Shown piece after piece: positions 47,899 through 57,612 of a stretch of DNA of 64,000 bases; the first letter of the stretch is position 1; the number at the start of each line of letters is the position of its first letter. The position numbers and the translations under genes were made by a program. The notes beneath the pieces were generated by a model. That model was not told the DNA's origin, did no database searches, and saw only the letters and a program-made list of their open reading frames with translations. Source of the stretch: Promethearchaeota archaeon (lineage in GTDB: Archaea > Asgardarchaeota > Lokiarchaeia > Sigyniarchaeales > SOKP01); the NCBI GenBank assembly GCA_019057795.1, contig JAHLWS010000073.1, positions 64,001 through 128,000 of the forward strand, read 5' to 3'.

Positions 47899-48077
47899 AA
47901 TACATCACTCCTTTAAGTAGTTAGTGCCTTCCGTTAAAAAAAATCGTTTAGTTCGTTGTCTTCTAGAACAAGGCAACTATACTTAATTAAATAAGATTTA
48001 AATTTTAAAGATAATTAATTTTCAGATAATAGTAAAAGATTAAATTATAAGTAAAAAATAGTTAAAACAAAGAAAAA

Positions 48078-48611
48078 TTGATTAAAATGACCGAAAAAGA
48101 TGTAATTTTGACATTAAAAATTGCTATGGCAGCTATTTTTATGGCTGTTGGAATTACTTTAAGTTATCTTAATCCATTTGGATATTTTTTCTTGTTCGGT
48201 ACAAAGATAAATCCTTTCGCTCATTTAATAAATGTAATAACGGGAGTTCTAATAGGAGTTACTTTTTCTAGCATTACTGCTTTAGGTATTGCAAGTATAC
48301 GGTTTTCAGCTGGAATTGGAACGATCCATGCTTTTCATGGGGGTGTATCTGGCGCGGTTGTTGTTGGAATCGTATCTCACTTTTTATGGAAAAAAAAACC
48401 AAAGTATGTTGAATATGCCGCATTTACAGAACCAATTGGTACAGTATTCATTGGTGGTACCATAACAGCTTTAATTCAAGGGTTTACACTAGCAAATCTA
48501 CTATTTTTTTGGTGGTTATTTATGCTGAGCTCTGTTGTGGGATCTGTTCTAGGTTTCATAGTTTTAAAAATTCTTAAGCGCTCTGGGTATTCAAGAGATA
48601 GGTTCTACTAA
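48078..48611 (+). CDS. thiW: ECF S component, ThiW family (thiazole/thiamine precursor uptake)
   Basis: PFAHLINVITGVLIG, IRF..GIGTIHAF.G...GA, EPIGT..IG, SS.VGS.LG. Confidence 0.8.
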   Translation: MIKMTEKDVILTLKIAMAAIFMAVGITLSYLNPFGYFFLFGTKINPFAHLINVITGVLIGVTFSSITALGIASIRFSAGIGTIHAFHGGVSGAVVVGIVSHFLWKKKPKYVEYAAFTEPIGTVFIGGTITALIQGFTLANLLFFWWLFMLSSVVGSVLGFIVLKILKRSGYSRDRFY

Positions 48612-48642
48612 ATACAAAAAAATTTGTTATTCTAAAAAATTT

Positions 48643-49230
48643 ATGAAATTTAATAGAGACTTAAATTTTGGCAATTTAATTGGTCAGAAAACCCTTATCT
48701 ATGGGGAAACAAATACCGGAAAAACTTTATATACCGCTAATTTTGTTCAATTTCTCCTAGAAAGTAAAAACATTGACCCTAAAGAGGTTAGCATATTAGA
48801 TTTTGCTCCAAAGTTAACTTATTTTAACGATTTAAAGATTGGTGGAAGAGTTCAAGATTATTTCGAAAATAGCGTAAAATGCAATAACATTAAATTAATA
48901 GGAGAGATTATTCCCCCCCGCCTAAATGCTAAGAATAAAAATGAAATGTATAGCAACATTTGTCATAATTTTCATAAAATATATGAAATTATAGAAATTT
49001 ATAACAGTAACCCAACTCCAGTGTTAATCATCAACGATATCTCTTTATATTTGCACTTAGGGAGCAATAAATACTTAATTAATACGATAAATAAATCAAA
49101 TACTTTTTTCGGAAATAGTTATTATGGTACCTCAATTGTTCGTAAATTTTCGAATTTGTTGAGTATTAAAGAAAAGAAAAGAGTTGAATTTCTAATTAAA
49201 AATGTAGATAATCCTTTTGTAACGGAATAA
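48643..49230 (+). CDS. P-loop NTPase-like hypothetical protein
   Basis: TLIYGETNTGKT (Walker A), ILDFAP, LIINDISLYLH. Confidence 0.75.
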   Translation: MKFNRDLNFGNLIGQKTLIYGETNTGKTLYTANFVQFLLESKNIDPKEVSILDFAPKLTYFNDLKIGGRVQDYFENSVKCNNIKLIGEIIPPRLNAKNKNEMYSNICHNFHKIYEIIEIYNSNPTPVLIINDISLYLHLGSNKYLINTINKSNTFFGNSYYGTSIVRKFSNLLSIKEKKRVEFLIKNVDNPFVTE

Positions 49231-49326
49231 TATGCTAGTGAATTTTGGTAAATATTTTAAGAAAGTTATTTAATTCACTTATACTCTTTAATATTAATAA
49301 AAAATAATATTCGCTTAGTATAAGAG

Positions 49327-49989
49327 ATGATTAAACTGAAATCAAAAGTGCGAGTAGTTCTTTTCGGACCTCCAGGAAGTGGAAAAGGCACGTTCTCTTC
49401 TCAAATAAAGAAAGTTTTACCTGATATACCACATATTAGCACTGGGGATATTTTCCGAGAAAATTTAAAAAATGAAACACCCCTTGGTTTAAAGGCTAAA
49501 GAATATATGGATAAGGGTGAATTAGTTCCGGACGAAGTAACTATTGATATGGTGAGGGATAGACTAAGCAAAGAAGATGTAAAAGAACATGGATTCATAT
49601 TAGACGGTTTTCCAAGAACTCTAACCCAAACTGAAGCTTTAACGGAGATAACTAAAATAGATTTATTCCTTTTATTAGATGTAAGTCGCGATATCATTAC
49701 AAAAAGAATTTTAGGAAGATACTCTTGTAAAAATTGCAGTGAAATCTATAATAAATACACTCTTCCACCAAAAACAGAAGGTATTTGCGATAAATGTGGC
49801 GCTGAAATTAAATTTGAACAAAGAAGCGACGACAATGAAGAAACCTTAAAAAATCGGTTAGATACTTACGAAAAGAACGCAAAACCAATAATAAAATACT
49901 ACAAAAAGAAAAAGTTGATGAGAAAGATAAACGCTGAAAATACTTTAGAATTAACCGAGAAGGATATTATAAAAATACTCGAAGTGTAA
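49327..49989 (+). CDS. adk: Adenylate kinase (bacterial-type, zinc LID)
   Basis: GPPGSGKGT, HISTGDIFR, GELVPDE, GFILDGFPRT, CxxC...CxxC LID, QRSDD. Confidence 0.95.
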   Translation: MIKLKSKVRVVLFGPPGSGKGTFSSQIKKVLPDIPHISTGDIFRENLKNETPLGLKAKEYMDKGELVPDEVTIDMVRDRLSKEDVKEHGFILDGFPRTLTQTEALTEITKIDLFLLLDVSRDIITKRILGRYSCKNCSEIYNKYTLPPKTEGICDKCGAEIKFEQRSDDNEETLKNRLDTYEKNAKPIIKYYKKKKLMRKINAENTLELTEKDIIKILEV

Positions 49990-50024
49990 ATTTATTTTTA
50001 CAATAATTTTTTTATAGGATTATA

Positions 50025-50780
50025 ATGAAATATAAGATCTGTATTGCAATTCCAATTAAATCTGATGATCTTAATATAAATAGTCAATTAGTAGAAACAT
50101 CGCTAGAAAAAAAGCCTGATTTAATTGAATTTAGATTTGATTACATAAATGATGTAAAATTTATCACTTTTTCCTTTTTAACAGAATTATTGAATCTCAT
50201 CACTCCTAAAATACCAATAGTCTTTACTTTTAGGAGAATTCAAGAGCGAGGTCAATATAATCTTAATAAAGATGAACGATTACAAATTTTAAAGTTATTG
50301 GTTGAAGCAAAACCCGATTATTTGGACATAGAAATGGAGTCTGATATTAAGATTTTGAAAACAATTACAAATTTAGCTTACAAAAACAATGTAGATTTAA
50401 TTTTCTCTTTTCATGATTTTGAAGATACTCCTACATATGAAGAAACAATTACTCTTCTAGATAAGTTTGAAGATAAGTTAATTCATGAGTGCTCTATAGA
50501 TTTAGATAAAATGGGTGAAAGCGTCTTTAAATTAATATTTACTCCTCAAATTTTTGAGGATAATTTAAACATTTTAAAAATTTGTAGAACACTTTCACAA
50601 GACGGCAAAAAGATAGTATGTTTTGCTATGGGCGAATTGGGGATTTTTTCCAGAATTATGTGTGTTAAATTTGGGTCATTATGGACATATGGTTCTCTAA
50701 GAGATAAAACAGCTCCTGGACAAATTAATATCAATACTTTACGAGAAATGTATCAATTATTATTTAATTCTAATTCTTGA
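50025..50780 (+). CDS. aroD: 3-dehydroquinate dehydratase type I
   Basis: DLIEFRFD, FTFRR..E.G, DIE, SFHDF..TP, FKL, FAMGELG.FSR, TAPGQI. Confidence 0.92.
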   Translation: MKYKICIAIPIKSDDLNINSQLVETSLEKKPDLIEFRFDYINDVKFITFSFLTELLNLITPKIPIVFTFRRIQERGQYNLNKDERLQILKLLVEAKPDYLDIEMESDIKILKTITNLAYKNNVDLIFSFHDFEDTPTYEETITLLDKFEDKLIHECSIDLDKMGESVFKLIFTPQIFEDNLNILKICRTLSQDGKKIVCFAMGELGIFSRIMCVKFGSLWTYGSLRDKTAPGQININTLREMYQLLFNSNS

Positions 50781-52275
50781 GATTAATGACATTCCGATCC
50801 AGGTTAATGTCATAATAAACAGGAAATCTTTGACCAACGAGTTCTTGCTTTTCTAATTTAATTAAAATATCTGGAACAGCATTAATAAAAGCTATAGTAC
50901 GACGATTATTTTCAAGAGTTCCTATTACTATCCCTTGCTTGGGTATTCCAGTTCGATCATAGGTTATTGTATATCCATCAATAGTAAGATTTCCATTAGC
51001 TTGTTCTATAGGTTTTTGTAATTGTCTAGCTAAGATTGATTGTTGTATTTCAACCTGATTTTCTTCACCCCATTGTATAAAAGGTGGTTCAGTACCGTAA
51101 ATACCAAAGGACTGTTTTGTATTATATCCTCCATTTGCTATAACCATTACCTTCAATAAAGGATTTTTACGAATAAGATATACAGCAGAAACAATTGCGT
51201 GTAAAGAATAATTACTCCATGGACCACCAAAAAATGGAAGCCCACCTGTAATTGATAATGGCCGAGGATCATCTTCTTTTATCCCTAATTCATTTTTAAT
51301 GATTTCTACAATAGATGGAAAACAACTATAAATATCAAATAAATCGATATCATCTAGTTTAAGTCCAGCTTGTCCTAAAGCTAGATGTGCTCCTTCTTTT
51401 GTTGCGGGTGAATTATAAAGCTTTGGACGTTGAGTAATATTAAAAATATTTTTTAAGTCTGCGCCTCCCATTGGATAAATCCAGAGTTTAGGGTCAATTT
51501 TAAGCTTCTCAGCGTTTTCTTCACTGGTCATTATTAACGCGCTAGATTGATCTACAAATACATTAGAACACATAAGTTTAGTGTAAGGGTGCGTGATATA
51601 ACGGTTACTAAGAGTAGGTGTTATAATTTCTTTAGCAGAATAAGAACAATTGGTCCAAGCGTGGGCGTTATTAGATGCAATCTTTGAGAAAATTTCAAAG
51701 ATTTTACCTATATAATTTCTATGCTCTTCCAAACTTCTTCCTGAAGCAGTGCGTACAGCAGTCTCAAGAATGGCGTATGTAACGGAAGGATATTTCAACT
51801 TATATTTATTTGCAAATTCATTTATACCATTCCACAATTTACCCTCCATATACTTAGGATCCTTCCATTGAGGCCAATTTAAATTAAGTTTACCCTTTTT
51901 TGCCTTGTATCTGGAGTAAGAGGCTTCTCCACCGGTAATCAGAATTGCTTGACTTTCTCCAGAAGTTATAGCCTTCGCTGCCCTATTTACTAACATCTGA
52001 GGACTATCTCCCCCATCAGGTAAATAAACTTTATGTTCGGGTTTTAAACAGAGTATCTTGCTAAGTTCTTCTGGAGCATCTTCGTAAGACCAACTATTAA
52101 TATTAACCATATAAACTGAATTAATAAAATCCTTCAAATTTAGCGCACCAACATCGTTTAAAGCTATCTTACATGCTTTAGCCATGAGATTTAGCGGATC
52201 AAGAGGATCAAGAGTATGTTTATGTTGTGTGAACTGAGCAGCTCCTACAATTATTGGATGTGATTTATTACTCAT
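50770..52275 (-). CDS. Acetyl-CoA acetyltransferase-like (thiolase superfamily) protein
   Basis: GGDSPQMLVN, ITGGEA, PYTKLM, VDQS.A, DIYSCFP, ITGGLPFFGGP..NYS.HAI, ANGG. Confidence 0.85.
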   Translation of the reverse strand: MSNKSHPIIVGAAQFTQHKHTLDPLDPLNLMAKACKIALNDVGALNLKDFINSVYMVNINSWSYEDAPEELSKILCLKPEHKVYLPDGGDSPQMLVNRAAKAITSGESQAILITGGEASYSRYKAKKGKLNLNWPQWKDPKYMEGKLWNGINEFANKYKLKYPSVTYAILETAVRTASGRSLEEHRNYIGKIFEIFSKIASNNAHAWTNCSYSAKEIITPTLSNRYITHPYTKLMCSNVFVDQSSALIMTSEENAEKLKIDPKLWIYPMGGADLKNIFNITQRPKLYNSPATKEGAHLALGQAGLKLDDIDLFDIYSCFPSIVEIIKNELGIKEDDPRPLSITGGLPFFGGPWSNYSLHAIVSAVYLIRKNPLLKVMVIANGGYNTKQSFGIYGTEPPFIQWGEENQVEIQQSILARQLQKPIEQANGNLTIDGYTITYDRTGIPKQGIVIGTLENNRRTIAFINAVPDILIKLEKQELVGQRFPVYYDINLDRNVINLKN

Positions 52276-52379
52276 AATTGATTGATTAATGTAAAAATTA
52301 TTTTAAAAATTAAATATGAAAAGAATAAGAAACTCTTATCAATTATTATTTAATAACAGATAAGAAATTATATTTAGTA

Positions 52380-52547
52380 TCATCTATCAAATACAGTACC
52401 ACAACTACCGCATTTAATTCTTTTTTTATAAACTGGGGCACCCTGCATTGAATAATAGAGTACTTGTGTTTTATCAGGCTCTTCGTGTAATTTCCGAGGA
52501 CTTTCTTCTCCACAATTTCCACATTTGGTTCGTTTAGTTTCTGTCAT
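52380..52547 (-). CDS. Small zinc-ribbon protein (55 aa)
   Basis: Below ORF-track cutoff. MTETKRTKCGNCGEE...DKTQVLYY...VYKKRIKCGSCGTVFDR*. Confidence 0.8.
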   Translation of the reverse strand: MTETKRTKCGNCGEESPRKLHEEPDKTQVLYYSMQGAPVYKKRIKCGSCGTVFDR

Positions 52548-52683
52548 TTTTTTCTCGAAGGTTTTTTGAATAAATAATATGTTATATAAATTTAAATTTA
52601 GGTTTTACAATAAATGTGCGTTATGTCATCTTTACAAATAGAAGTGAAAATGTAAATAGATTCATTGTTAAAAATATAATAAA

Positions 52684-52833
52684 TTAATTATCTGTACTTC
52701 CTAGAATTTGCGTTAATTTTTTCCGATACTCTTCAAAAGCTTTCCTCCCTCCCTCCCTAAGCTTAAGCAATGTATTAGGTTTCTTATTCTTAAAACGCTT
52801 ATAACCAAATTTTTTCAGTTTCTTTCTATTCTC
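52684..52833 (-). pseudogene. Remnant C-terminal half of a winged-HTH regulator, in frame behind the aroK TGA
   Basis: RKKLKKFGYKRFKNKKPNTLLKLREGGRKAFEEYRKKLTQIL resembles a wHTH wing (KP.T...LT..GR.AF..Y); no start codon. Confidence 0.55.
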
Positions 52834-53358
52834 TCAAATATTAGTTTTTTCAATGATCTCACTCGTGATTTCATCAATTGTTTTGTTTGTGGTGTTAGTA
52901 ACAATTTCTGCTGATATTTTATAATAAGGTTCTCTTTGTTTCAATGCGCTTTCGATTTCTTTAATTGGATCTTCTTTATCGATTAATGGTCTAGTCTCTT
53001 TCCCATCGATCATTACTCTATTAAAAATTTCTTTAGGGCTAGCTGTTAATAAAACGATATGACAGGTTTTTTTTAAATTTTCTATATTTACTTTATTTAA
53101 AACAATTCCTCCCCCGCATGATATAATTGTTTTTTTTAGTTCTGCTGCTTTCCTACAAGCTTCAATCTCGTATTCTCTAAATTTCGCTTCACCGTTTTCC
53201 GAAAAGATATTAGGAATTGGTTTACCTGTCATCTCTATAATTAGTTGATCGGTTTCTATAAATTTATAATCTTTTCCTAGATATTCCTTCAATGCCTTTC
53301 CTACTGTGGATTTACCCGTTGCCATAAAACCAATCAACGCAATAGAATCTTTAATCAT
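52834..53358 (-). CDS. aroK: Shikimate kinase (bacterial NMP-kinase type)
   Basis: GFMATGKSTVG, IFSENGE..FR.YE, ISCGGG, RPL, R.PYY. Confidence 0.93.
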   Translation of the reverse strand: MIKDSIALIGFMATGKSTVGKALKEYLGKDYKFIETDQLIIEMTGKPIPNIFSENGEAKFREYEIEACRKAAELKKTIISCGGGIVLNKVNIENLKKTCHIVLLTASPKEIFNRVMIDGKETRPLIDKEDPIKEIESALKQREPYYKISAEIVTNTTNKTIDEITSEIIEKTNI

Positions 53359-53459
53359 ACCAAATTAAACCAAATAGTATTTTTTGATAAACCTAACTAT
53401 ATTTTCAATTTTTTTTCTTTGTTACTGGTATCCTAATATCAAGAAAAAAAGTAGAACAA

Positions 53460-54014
53460 TCATTTCATTGAAAATCCGTGTTTTCCTAAAATACCCTTTT
53501 GTAAACCTATGTAATTTCCATTAATATATGCGAAGCAATTAAATTTTTCAGGGTCTAATCTATTATTCGTTACAAATCGCGAATCAGAATGAGTTGCAAC
53601 CACTTCACCAAAGTAACAAACATGAGAACCAAACTCAATTCTTTTTATGACTTTGCATTCCATGTTCCATGGAAACTCTTTCACCATCGGGACTTTAACC
53701 ACTACTCCTTGTTCTTGAGTTAGGTTCAATTCATTCCATTTATTCACATCTCTTCCCGACCTCGTCCCACAATAATCCATTTCTTTCAATTGGTCTTTAG
53801 TAGGGTAATTAATGACAAACTCTCCATGTTTTTCGATTAAACCATAGGAATGCCTCCTTGGCTGCATTGATATTGCAATAATTGGAGGTTTCATACATAC
53901 CTTACCAATGTAAGCGAGAGTGATTAAGTTCGCTTCTTCACCAATTCCTACAGATATAACTGCTGCGGGCATTGGGAACATTGTTATTCCGGTGTTAAGA
54001 GAAATCTTTTTCAT
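53460..54014 (-). CDS. Flavin reductase family protein (DIM6/NTAB)
   Basis: FPMPAAVIS, PPII, HSY.LI...GEFVIN, CGTRSGRD..K, MECKV, GSH..YFGEV. Confidence 0.9.
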   Translation of the reverse strand: MKKISLNTGITMFPMPAAVISVGIGEEANLITLAYIGKVCMKPPIIAISMQPRRHSYGLIEKHGEFVINYPTKDQLKEMDYCGTRSGRDVNKWNELNLTQEQGVVVKVPMVKEFPWNMECKVIKRIEFGSHVCYFGEVVATHSDSRFVTNNRLDPEKFNCFAYINGNYIGLQKGILGKHGFSMK

Positions 54015-54122
54015 TTCTTCAATCCATCCTTTATTTGTTTTCTACTTATAGCTAAATAATTATAAATTAATTTTATTCTTAAACATATTAATAGTTTTAA
54101 ATTTAATAATTATAGTAATAAA

Positions 54123-54992
54123 ATGCTAAAAAAACCTTATATAACAGCTCGTACTAATGTTTTATGTGTTATTGGACACCCAATCGAACATAGTATGAGT
54201 CCGATAATGCATAATGCTGCCCTTAAAGATCTGTCTCTCGATTATGTATATATCGCTTTTAATATTCCACCTAACGACCTTAAAAAGGCAGTGTTAGGGT
54301 TTAAAATGTTTAGTATAAAAGGAATAAATGTTACTATTCCATATAAAGAAAATATTATCCCGTATTTAGATGAAATTGACCCACTTGCTGAAAAGATTGG
54401 TGCTGTTAATACTATAAAAAATGAAGGTAAATATTTGATTGGGAAAAACACAGACGCATCTGGGGCTAAAAATGCTTTATTAGACGCGGGGTGCGAAATA
54501 ACTGGAAAAAAAGCATTAATATTGGGTGCAGGAGGGGCGGCTAGAGCGGTTAGTTTTGCTATTTCAGAGGATTTAGATGTGGTATATATAGCTAATAGAA
54601 CAGAAAAGCGAGCAATAAAATTAGCTAAGGATTTGACTAATAAAACGACGATTAAAGCAGTAGGAAAGAATTTGAGTATAAATACCCTGAAAAATTTAGT
54701 AAATGATGTAGATATTTTAATAAACACTACTCCACTCGGTATGTATCCAAATATTGAAGAATCGCCGATTTCTGAGGAAATGCTACACAATAATTTGTTT
54801 GTATTTGATATCGTATATAATCCTCTCGAAACTCGATTATTAAAAGAAGCTAGAAAAAGTGGTTGCAAAACACTAGGTGGGTTAGATATGTTTGTTAATC
54901 AAGGCGCTTTAGCATTTGAATGGTGGACTGGTAAAAAACCAAATTTGAATTTAATGAAAGAAAAAGTAGTTGAATTTTTAGGGAAAAAATAA
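54123..54992 (+). CDS. aroE: Shikimate dehydrogenase
   Basis: GHPIEHSMSP.MHN, NVTIPYK, GAVNT, NTD, GAGGAARA, NTTPLGM, DIVYNP.ET. Confidence 0.96.
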   Translation: MLKKPYITARTNVLCVIGHPIEHSMSPIMHNAALKDLSLDYVYIAFNIPPNDLKKAVLGFKMFSIKGINVTIPYKENIIPYLDEIDPLAEKIGAVNTIKNEGKYLIGKNTDASGAKNALLDAGCEITGKKALILGAGGAARAVSFAISEDLDVVYIANRTEKRAIKLAKDLTNKTTIKAVGKNLSINTLKNLVNDVDILINTTPLGMYPNIEESPISEEMLHNNLFVFDIVYNPLETRLLKEARKSGCKTLGGLDMFVNQGALAFEWWTGKKPNLNLMKEKVVEFLGKK

Positions 54993-55903
54993 TGTTGGGT
55001 AAAAGATTTACTATTATTGGCGGGTCTGGCGGAATGGGTAAAGTTTTTGGAAGATTTTTTAAAAAACATGGTTTTGCTATAACTTTATTTGCTCGAAACG
55101 AAAATAAATTAAAAAAAGCAGCAATAGAGTTGAGTGTTAATTACGAGCTTTCGCTTGAAAAAAGCGTTAAAAACGCCGATATTGTTATGATCTCAATCCC
55201 AATAAGCTCTACTCCTGATATGATAAGAAAAATAGCACCACTTTTGAAAGAAAATGCAATAGTCTTTGATATTACTTCTTTAAAATATGCCGTTTTTAAA
55301 GCATTGACAGAAATAAAAAATAATTTTCCAGTAAATTGCATTTCGCTACATCCCATGTTTGGTCCAGGAATAAAAGATATGAAAAACTATTTTATGATGG
55401 TATTAAAAGTTGGAGGTACTGACCAATACGACGAATTAATTAATGAACTTTTGAATTTATTTAAATTTGATGGATTAATAATTACTGAAACCTTACCAGA
55501 GATTCACGATAAGAGAATAGCTCTAACGTTAGGCGTACCTCACATGTTGAACATTCTTTTTCTAAATCTTCTTAGAAGTACCAATGAACCTTTGAATGAA
55601 TTAACCAGATACACAGGTACTACTTTCTTGCTTCAAAAAGTTTTTGCCGAAAGTATTATCCAGAGAGAAATGGAAATGTTTGGAGAAATCCAAATGGAAA
55701 ATAAAGAGTTTCTTAAAATCTTAGATTTATTCGAAAAGTTACTCCATCAATATAAAAAAATAATAGAAGAAAAAAATGTTAAAGGTTTTAGTGAAATTTT
55801 TTCTCAAAGCTTAGAATATTCTAAAAAAGACAATTACTTTGAGAATTCTTACAAGTACTTCTATGAATTTATGAATATTTTAAAAAGAGAAAATAAAAAA
55901 TAA
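54992..55903 (+). CDS. tyrA: Prephenate/arogenate dehydrogenase
   Basis: IIGGSGGMG, DITSLK, SLHPMFGP, HDK..A...G.PH. Confidence 0.9.
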   Translation: MLGKRFTIIGGSGGMGKVFGRFFKKHGFAITLFARNENKLKKAAIELSVNYELSLEKSVKNADIVMISIPISSTPDMIRKIAPLLKENAIVFDITSLKYAVFKALTEIKNNFPVNCISLHPMFGPGIKDMKNYFMMVLKVGGTDQYDELINELLNLFKFDGLIITETLPEIHDKRIALTLGVPHMLNILFLNLLRSTNEPLNELTRYTGTTFLLQKVFAESIIQREMEMFGEIQMENKEFLKILDLFEKLLHQYKKIIEEKNVKGFSEIFSQSLEYSKKDNYFENSYKYFYEFMNILKRENKK

Positions 55904-55907
55904 ATAT

Positions 55908-56105
55908 TTAATTAATTTTTGTTCCACAGAACGCACAAAATTTTAACCCGTCTCTCTCAGAAAGTTGTACTCCACAGTTGTAGCAAAAATGGGAATCTTC
56001 TTCAAATGCGGCCTCATTTGATTTGTAAAGTTTAACCTCTCGATAACTTTTAGTTTCTTTAGTTTTTTGGTCATAAAATATGGGTGAAAGACAATAGAAT
56101 CTATT
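55908..56105 (-). pseudogene. Degenerate paralog of the adjacent zinc-ribbon membrane gene (3' part only)
   Basis: Open frame without a start ending HFCYNCGVQL...KFCAFCGTKIN*, matching NFCPFCGERL...QFCPHCGTKV of 56244-56678. Confidence 0.6.
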
Positions 56106-56243
56106 TTAGAGTACAAAAAATCCTATCAATTGAGAAAACATACTTGAGAAAAGAAAAAAGCCCCAATATTTATTCTATCCACGAAAATGATCTATTTAGT
56201 ATAAGATGTAGGTTATATTTTTAATGGGGAATTATTTAATAAA

Positions 56244-56678
56244 TTAAACTTTCGTGCCACAATGTGGGCAAAATTGTGCGTCCTTATTTTCTAAACGCTC
56301 TCCACAAAACGGACAGAAATTAAGTTGTATGGTTTTAACACCTTCAACCAATTCACTAGCTGTATATTCATTTTTTTGCTGCTTTTGAGTTTCAGTCTGA
56401 AAGCGATATGGATTTTGAACATTTTGAACATTTTGAGCTATTTGTTGCACAGGTTGGACGTAAGGGGCTGATATTGCTGTAATTTGAGAGTGACAGTGAA
56501 TACAGCGATCTTCAGTTTTACTATAATAAATTATTAAATATATAATAAGACCAATTCCTGCCGTAAAACACAATAAAATTATTGCTAATGGCCAATTTAT
56601 CTCTTCTCTAACTAATAAAACATTTTGTTTACAATTAGGACAAAATCCTGTGGGATTTCTTGTTGTCATACTTATCAC
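56244..56678 (-). CDS. Zinc-ribbon membrane protein (LITAF-like N-terminal region, double zinc ribbon at the C-terminus)
   Basis: CPNC...hydrophobic hairpin...CIHC, Q-rich linker, CPFC/CPHC; AGGTGA SD. Confidence 0.75.
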   Translation of the reverse strand: MISMTTRNPTGFCPNCKQNVLLVREEINWPLAIILLCFTAGIGLIIYLIIYYSKTEDRCIHCHSQITAISAPYVQPVQQIAQNVQNVQNPYRFQTETQKQQKNEYTASELVEGVKTIQLNFCPFCGERLENKDAQFCPHCGTKV

Positions 56679-56939
56679 CTTAATTTATTTTTAAATTAAC
56701 TTATTAAAATGTATTAAGATATTGAATACAAATTTTCCTTTAAAATTTTAATCGAACATTTACAATTGTACTAAAAATTTAATTAATTTATATAACTTCA
56801 CTCTTAAGTAGAGAAAATGTTTATCAACCTTAAAACCTAAATTAGTTAAAATTCAAATGATTATTAATTTATAGAGAAATTACAATATTTTCCTATTAAT
56901 TTTTATAGATTCAAATAATAATTTAACATGAAATAAACG

Positions 56940-57557
56940 ATGCAACAAACATTATTTATTGTACTTGATGGTATTGATGGCTCAGGTACATCAACACATA
57001 GCAAATTATTAGCGGGATTTTTAAGCTTGAAAGGTTTAAAAATCCATTTAACTCAAGAGCCTTCAAATAGCGAAATTGGAAAATTATTAAGAAATTTTTT
57101 GAAAGATGATAAAATTCCACCGTCAACGGACGCCTTATTGTTTGCTGCTGACAGGGACCTTCATTATAGAAATGAAATAAAAATGAAGTTAGAAGAAGGT
57201 TATATTGTCATATCAGATAGATATATTGAATCTTCTATTATATATCAATCATGTCAAACTGAAAAAATAACAATTGAATGGGTGAAGAGCTTAAATAAAT
57301 TTGCAGGTAAACCCGACTTAACAATTATTTTAGACATCGATCCTAAAATGTCATTAGCAAGAAAAAATCAAAGGGATTTGGAAAAATTCGAAGATACTTC
57401 ATTTTTAGAACAAGTAAGAAAACTCTACATTACCCGTGCCAAAGAAGAGGGGTATTTTATAATAAATACCGACGATATTATTGAACTTGTTCAAGAAAAA
57501 ATTCAACAAATTGTATTAAATAAATTAAAAGTTAAGGGGATTCAAGTTAAAGAATAA
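56940..57557 (+). CDS. tmk: Thymidylate kinase
   Basis: FIVLDGIDGSGTST, TQEP, ALLFAADR, VISDRY..SS..YQ, PDLTIILD. Confidence 0.93.
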   Translation: MQQTLFIVLDGIDGSGTSTHSKLLAGFLSLKGLKIHLTQEPSNSEIGKLLRNFLKDDKIPPSTDALLFAADRDLHYRNEIKMKLEEGYIVISDRYIESSIIYQSCQTEKITIEWVKSLNKFAGKPDLTIILDIDPKMSLARKNQRDLEKFEDTSFLEQVRKLYITRAKEEGYFIINTDDIIELVQEKIQQIVLNKLKVKGIQVKE

Positions 57558-57612
57558 TGTTTGTATAATATAATATTTTTTGTGTAAACCAAGAACTTAC
57601 GCGTGAAACAGA

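Noticed and set aside
47990-48077. TPP riboswitch upstream of thiW
   Set aside because: No GCTGAGA / ACCTG core motif is present.
52374-52382. TGA followed by TAC TAA at the end of the small zinc-ribbon gene as a penultimate Sec
   Set aside because: No redox motif context, and no SECIS-like structure in the AT-rich downstream region.
56106-56200. Intron explanation for the broken zinc-ribbon paralog
   Set aside because: No BHB fold and no single excision restoring a start and full frame; decay is more likely.
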